The notes below the pieces were generated by a model. It was not told the origin of the DNA, searched no databases, and worked only from the letters and a program-made list of their open reading frames with translations. Below are positions 60,288 to 64,000 of a stretch of 64,000 nt of DNA, one piece after another (the stretch's first letter is position 1; every line of letters begins with the position of its first letter). The DNA is taken from positions 176,642 through 240,641 of the IMG/VR virus record IMGVR_UViG_3300012943_000028; one strand, written 5' to 3'. Position numbers and translations under genes: made by a program. This DNA comes from a virus (lineage: Duplodnaviria; Heunggongvirae; Uroviricota; Caudoviricetes).

Positions 60288-63200
60288 TTAGCCTTCGTGA
60301 ATCTCGAGGTAGCCTTCAGTCTCCTCCTCGAAGCGCACCTTCACTCCCACCCCCTGACGAATGATCATCAGCTTCGGCGTGAGCAGCTCTCCCTCGAGGG
60401 ACCTGCACTGCACCAACCCTATGTGGTATGGGGTGGACGTCTGCGCTGCCCACAGCGGGCCTGTCATTGGTAGTCTGTCCTTCAAGGTGTTCATACGGTT
60501 TCCCAGGGAAAGTGAGGGGGCCCTATAGGGTTGGTGGGGTAGAGGGGTCTGCCGGGTTCTCTATAGGCGCGCGAGCTTTCTCCTGCTCCAGCACCTTGTT
60601 GCAGATGGCCACGCACTCATCGCAGATGAAGACGGACGGGCCGGCAATCAGGGTCTTCACCTCGTCTTGGGACCTGCCGCAGAAGGAGCAGTAGAGGACG
60701 GTCATACCTTCACCCTCCTGCGAGCTTCCTCGAGCTCTAACCTGCGCTGGTCCTCTGCACCCATTGGTCTTGAGGGGGTGGTAGAGTCTACCGAGTTTCC
60801 ATTAGGGGCGGGAGCTTTCTCGTAGAAGGACTGGACAGGGATGTTCACGGCGATCATCTCAGCCACCACCTTCTCGGCCGTCTTCCTTGGGTCCTGCCCT
60901 TCAGACAGCATGACCATCAAGGGCATCTCACCAATTCCCGTGTAGACGATACCTGACAGCATGCCCTTCAGCACCCTTACCTTGGCCACCACGTTAGGAC
61001 CACGGCTGAACACCAGCAGCCCATTGTCTTCCTTACAGTCGATCATACTCCCAGCTCTCCTATAGGGCCGCTCACTTTCTCGAGACCTCTCAGCAACCTG
61101 TCGGCATCCAGCCCTCTACCCACCAACACAGTCCTTGCTTTCGAGAGGGTGGTATCAAAGTGGGGCAGCTCCTCCCTCGCGCAGCAGGAGTACCGAAGAA
61201 CGGCGATGATGTAGACGGTCCCTACCCTTTCGAGGGAAAGCCTTTCGAGGAGATCATCTACCGTCTGGAACCTGCCGTGGTGAAAGCATAGGTCAAAGAA
61301 CCAGCAGATGTTGGTCAGCAGGTTGATGTCGGTATCCTTATCAGCTGCTGCATAGATGGTATGCAGCATCTCCTCAGGTACAGGACCAAGCAGGTCTTGC
61401 ATCACCGTATCTCCATCATGGGAGGTGGGGGTCTTGGGGCGTCGGGCTTGGGGTTCGGCACGCTTAAGGACTGCGCGCTCACCCCCGTTTTTCTTGGGGA
61501 ATCTTGGGTGAGGGCCGCGAGGATGGCGTCAAGGGTTGGGGACGGTGGCTTCTTGGCCTCTTCAAGCAGGAGGACGAACAGAGCGCTGTTCACGCGCCTG
61601 ATGTAGTTGCCTACGACCTGTTCATCCCTCCTCCGGTGGGCACCCTTCCTTAACGAAGCGGTATGTTCCTCGCTGAATGCGCGCTTTTGTGCTTTTTCCA
61701 CGGGTCGTTCCGGGCAGGTGTGTACACTTGTATTTACCGTGGGCAGCTTCTCAGGTTGTGCTGCCGTTGCCCGAGGCCTGCAAGGCCAGTAGGTTGTACA
61801 GGTCGTTGTGCACGGTCACCAGCTTCAGGACGTCTTCACGGTTGCTGGTCTGTATCACGAACCCACCCACCGCAAACCCATCGGCGTCTGCCTCGTTCTT
61901 GAAGATGGCCACCAGCTCGTTCTGGTCTCCCTCTACCCCGTTGTGGTCTTTACCGTAGTAGCAGTCTAGGATGTAGTGCATGGGTCAGTCTCACAGGTTG
62001 GTGAAGTGCTCGTTGACGTCGTAGAGGTCTCTGTCGGTAGCGTCCTTGATGGCTGCCTTGATCTCGTTGTACCTGATCAGCTCATCCTCTCGCAGCGGTC
62101 TGAACTCATCAGGGCTGGCACCAAATCCTGCCTCCCAGTCCAGCGTCCGTACCCAGTACCCTTCCTTGACGGTCCCTACCTCTACGATGCAGCCTAGCTG
62201 ACCAGCTCTTGCGTACTGCCTACCAGGGTGGTCCTCACTTGGCCCCTCCTCAAGGGTCTTCGTGAACCTGATCATGGTGCCTGTGGTCAGCGGTACGCCT
62301 GCCTCACATAGCGGGCAGGGGTAGGTTGCAGGTGCAGAGTCCTTCTTGATGTACTCAGTCATGGGTATCCATATGGATATATTTTAGATGTCGGTGGTGG
62401 CGACGTTTACCCAGGCATGGGGAGCGTAGTGCCAGGTACGGCGTGCCTCGAACTCACGCTTCCCCTCTGGGTCAGGGCGGCTGTAGGTGGTCTCAACGAT
62501 GCGCAGCACGCCGCTGTCATAGTAGGAGATGTCATGCTCAATGGCAGGGGTGTCGACGAGGTTCAGCTCGTTGTGGTTGGCCAGCCGGACGACGTGTCGC
62601 TTGTAGGAGCTCATGTGATGGGTACCTTTGGTAGGGTGCACGGCCCTGGTAAGGGTGGTGCGGGAATTTACTGGATTCTATGCCTTCTCTGGTGGAAGGT
62701 AAACAACGACCTGTGGGGCGGTAACCCGCCTTGTGGGGACCCGCTGTTAGAAGGTCTTCTCTACGAGCTTCCTTTCCTTGAGCTCTAACCTGAGCCTGAC
62801 AACGTCGGCGACGAGGCAGCAGATGAGGGCGTCGGTGATGGTGAAGGTCTTGTCGAAGAGGCCGATGGCCAGGTAGATGACGAAGGCGATGCCGTAGAAG
62901 AGGAGGATGCCGCCGAGAAACTTGAGAAAGCTGGCCATGGTGTGGGGTCCTTACTTGAGGTAGTCGGGAACGGTGTCCTCGAAGTTGAAGAACTTGACCA
63001 GCAGGTCAGAATCTTCTGGCTCGAGGCCGAGGTTGAGGGACTCCGACCGGCCCTCGGCGATGGGGACGCCGGTTGGGCAGGAGACGAAGCCGGCGCTGAA
63101 GGTGCAGTTGCGGCCAGCGACGTCACGGTGGGTCAAGGCGCTGTCGAAGACGGTCATGCCGTGCTCGGTCTTGATGAACTTCCGCAGGCGCTTGGTCTTG

Positions 63201-63965
63201 AAGAAGTTCTTGACGAGCCGCTCCTGCTCCTCGGTCAGGTCGCCGTTGACGGGGTGCAGGAACAGCTCGTCCTCAACCTGCGTGACCATGCCGAACGGGA
63301 ACTTGCCGTACTGGAGCGGGAAGGTGTGGCCGGTCGGGTAGAGGACGACGTGCTCGTCGAAGATGATGGCGAAGTTCATGGCTGCCTCTCGAAGCGGTTG
63401 AGGGTCTCCATCAGGTCGTTGTAGTCGTCGACCGGGATGGTGACCATGACCAGGCGGTCGGCGCTGAAGGCCTTGATGTGCTTCTCGGTCTGGCGCAGCG
63501 GGGCCTCGGTGAACCACTGGTATTGGAAGTAGTCGTACGGCTCAGGCTCGAAGAACCAGGTGGAGGGGCGGTACCAGCGGTAGGCCGCCTTCTTGGCATC
63601 GTTCTCGGCCTTGCGGGCGGCGGCCTTCTTCTCCACCTCTGCCCGCTGGTGGTCGGCCAGCTTCTGCAGCCGTGGGACGAGGGCGAAGCAGGTGGTCTGG
63701 TCAAGGGAGATGGTCGAGGTTGGTGTCTTCATAGGAGCTCCATTGAGTGGGCCTTGCTGTACTCGTACGAGTCGTTGCCACTCCAGCTGTCGGTCACCTT
63801 GACGCCCTCCTTGATGAGGTTGCGGCGCTCGTCGTAGCGGTCGGACAGGGCGATGGAGCGGTCAAGCTCGTCAGCGATGTCGGTGAGCGGGTCGAACGGT
63901 AGCTCTGGACGGTCGATAGGCATCCAGTGCGTGATGACGTCGATGTCGCTGAAGACGCCCATCAT
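60288..63965 (-). CDS. cluster of ~12 small hypothetical genes (contains the ClpX-like gene below)
   Basis: Coupled minus-strand ORFs; early-type promoter at 62675-62704 and TAAATA at 61731-61736. Confidence 0.62.
60523..60705 (-). CDS. stand-alone ClpX-type C4 zinc-binding domain
   Basis: [36 protein letters not shown]; the ORF stops after 60 aa with no AAA+ module. Confidence 0.88.
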   Translation of the reverse strand: MTVLYCSFCGRSQDEVKTLIAGPSVFICDECVAICNKVLEQEKARAPIENPADPSTPPTL

Positions 63966-64000
63966 GTAGGGGCGGCCGTGGCGCGTGTCACGGACGGTGA

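Noticed and set aside
55284-62716. ACCTGTGG 4 nt from the GTAAAC hexamer at two class B promoters (55284, 62709)
   Set aside because: Only two exact copies, and similar words occur in unrelated positions; too few to call a motif.
1-64000. Stop-codon reassignment, introns or inteins
   Set aside because: Recognisable genes (thyA, phoH, Rnl1, carbamoyltransferase, ARH) are full-length and uninterrupted under the standard code, and TAA, TAG and TGA all end genes.

Overview
This is a 64-kb internal segment of a large lytic tailed phage (jumbo or T4-like lifestyle; host probably a proteobacterium, which is inference). Most genes are on the minus strand and tightly coupled. Left to right it contains: (1) an RNA-repair cluster with a DRB0094/Rnl5-type ligase cut by the window edge, an Rnl1-type ligase and a cyclic-phosphate-processing receiver; (2) two paralogous virion fibre genes flanking a seven-gene coupled operon of three DxD glycosyltransferase-like genes, a radical SAM enzyme, a NodU/CmcH carbamoyltransferase and two unknowns, headed by a TAAATA late-type promoter; (3) PhoH, a permuted NlpC/P60 enzyme and three more mosaic Ser/Thr/Gly-rich fibre genes; (4) a Macro + ADP-ribosylglycohydrolase pair, MazG-like, thyA, S24/S26, SLOG, DnaJ, a stand-alone PPDK-N domain and DUF262; (5) about 27 kb of small early-type genes with an AAA ATPase, an isolated plus-strand fibre gene, GNAT, CYTH and a stand-alone ClpX zinc-binding domain. 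Two promoter families could be read by eye: TAAATA, and KTKTAC-N17/18-TAnnAT. One subclass of the second carries an orientation-independent TTATGT(T/A)AA box. A palindrome-dense convergent intergenic segment near 60.0-60.3 kb carries a repeated motif. No tRNA, rRNA, CRISPR array, integrase, transposase or reverse transcriptase was found. All family calls are motif recognition by eye, not database searches.
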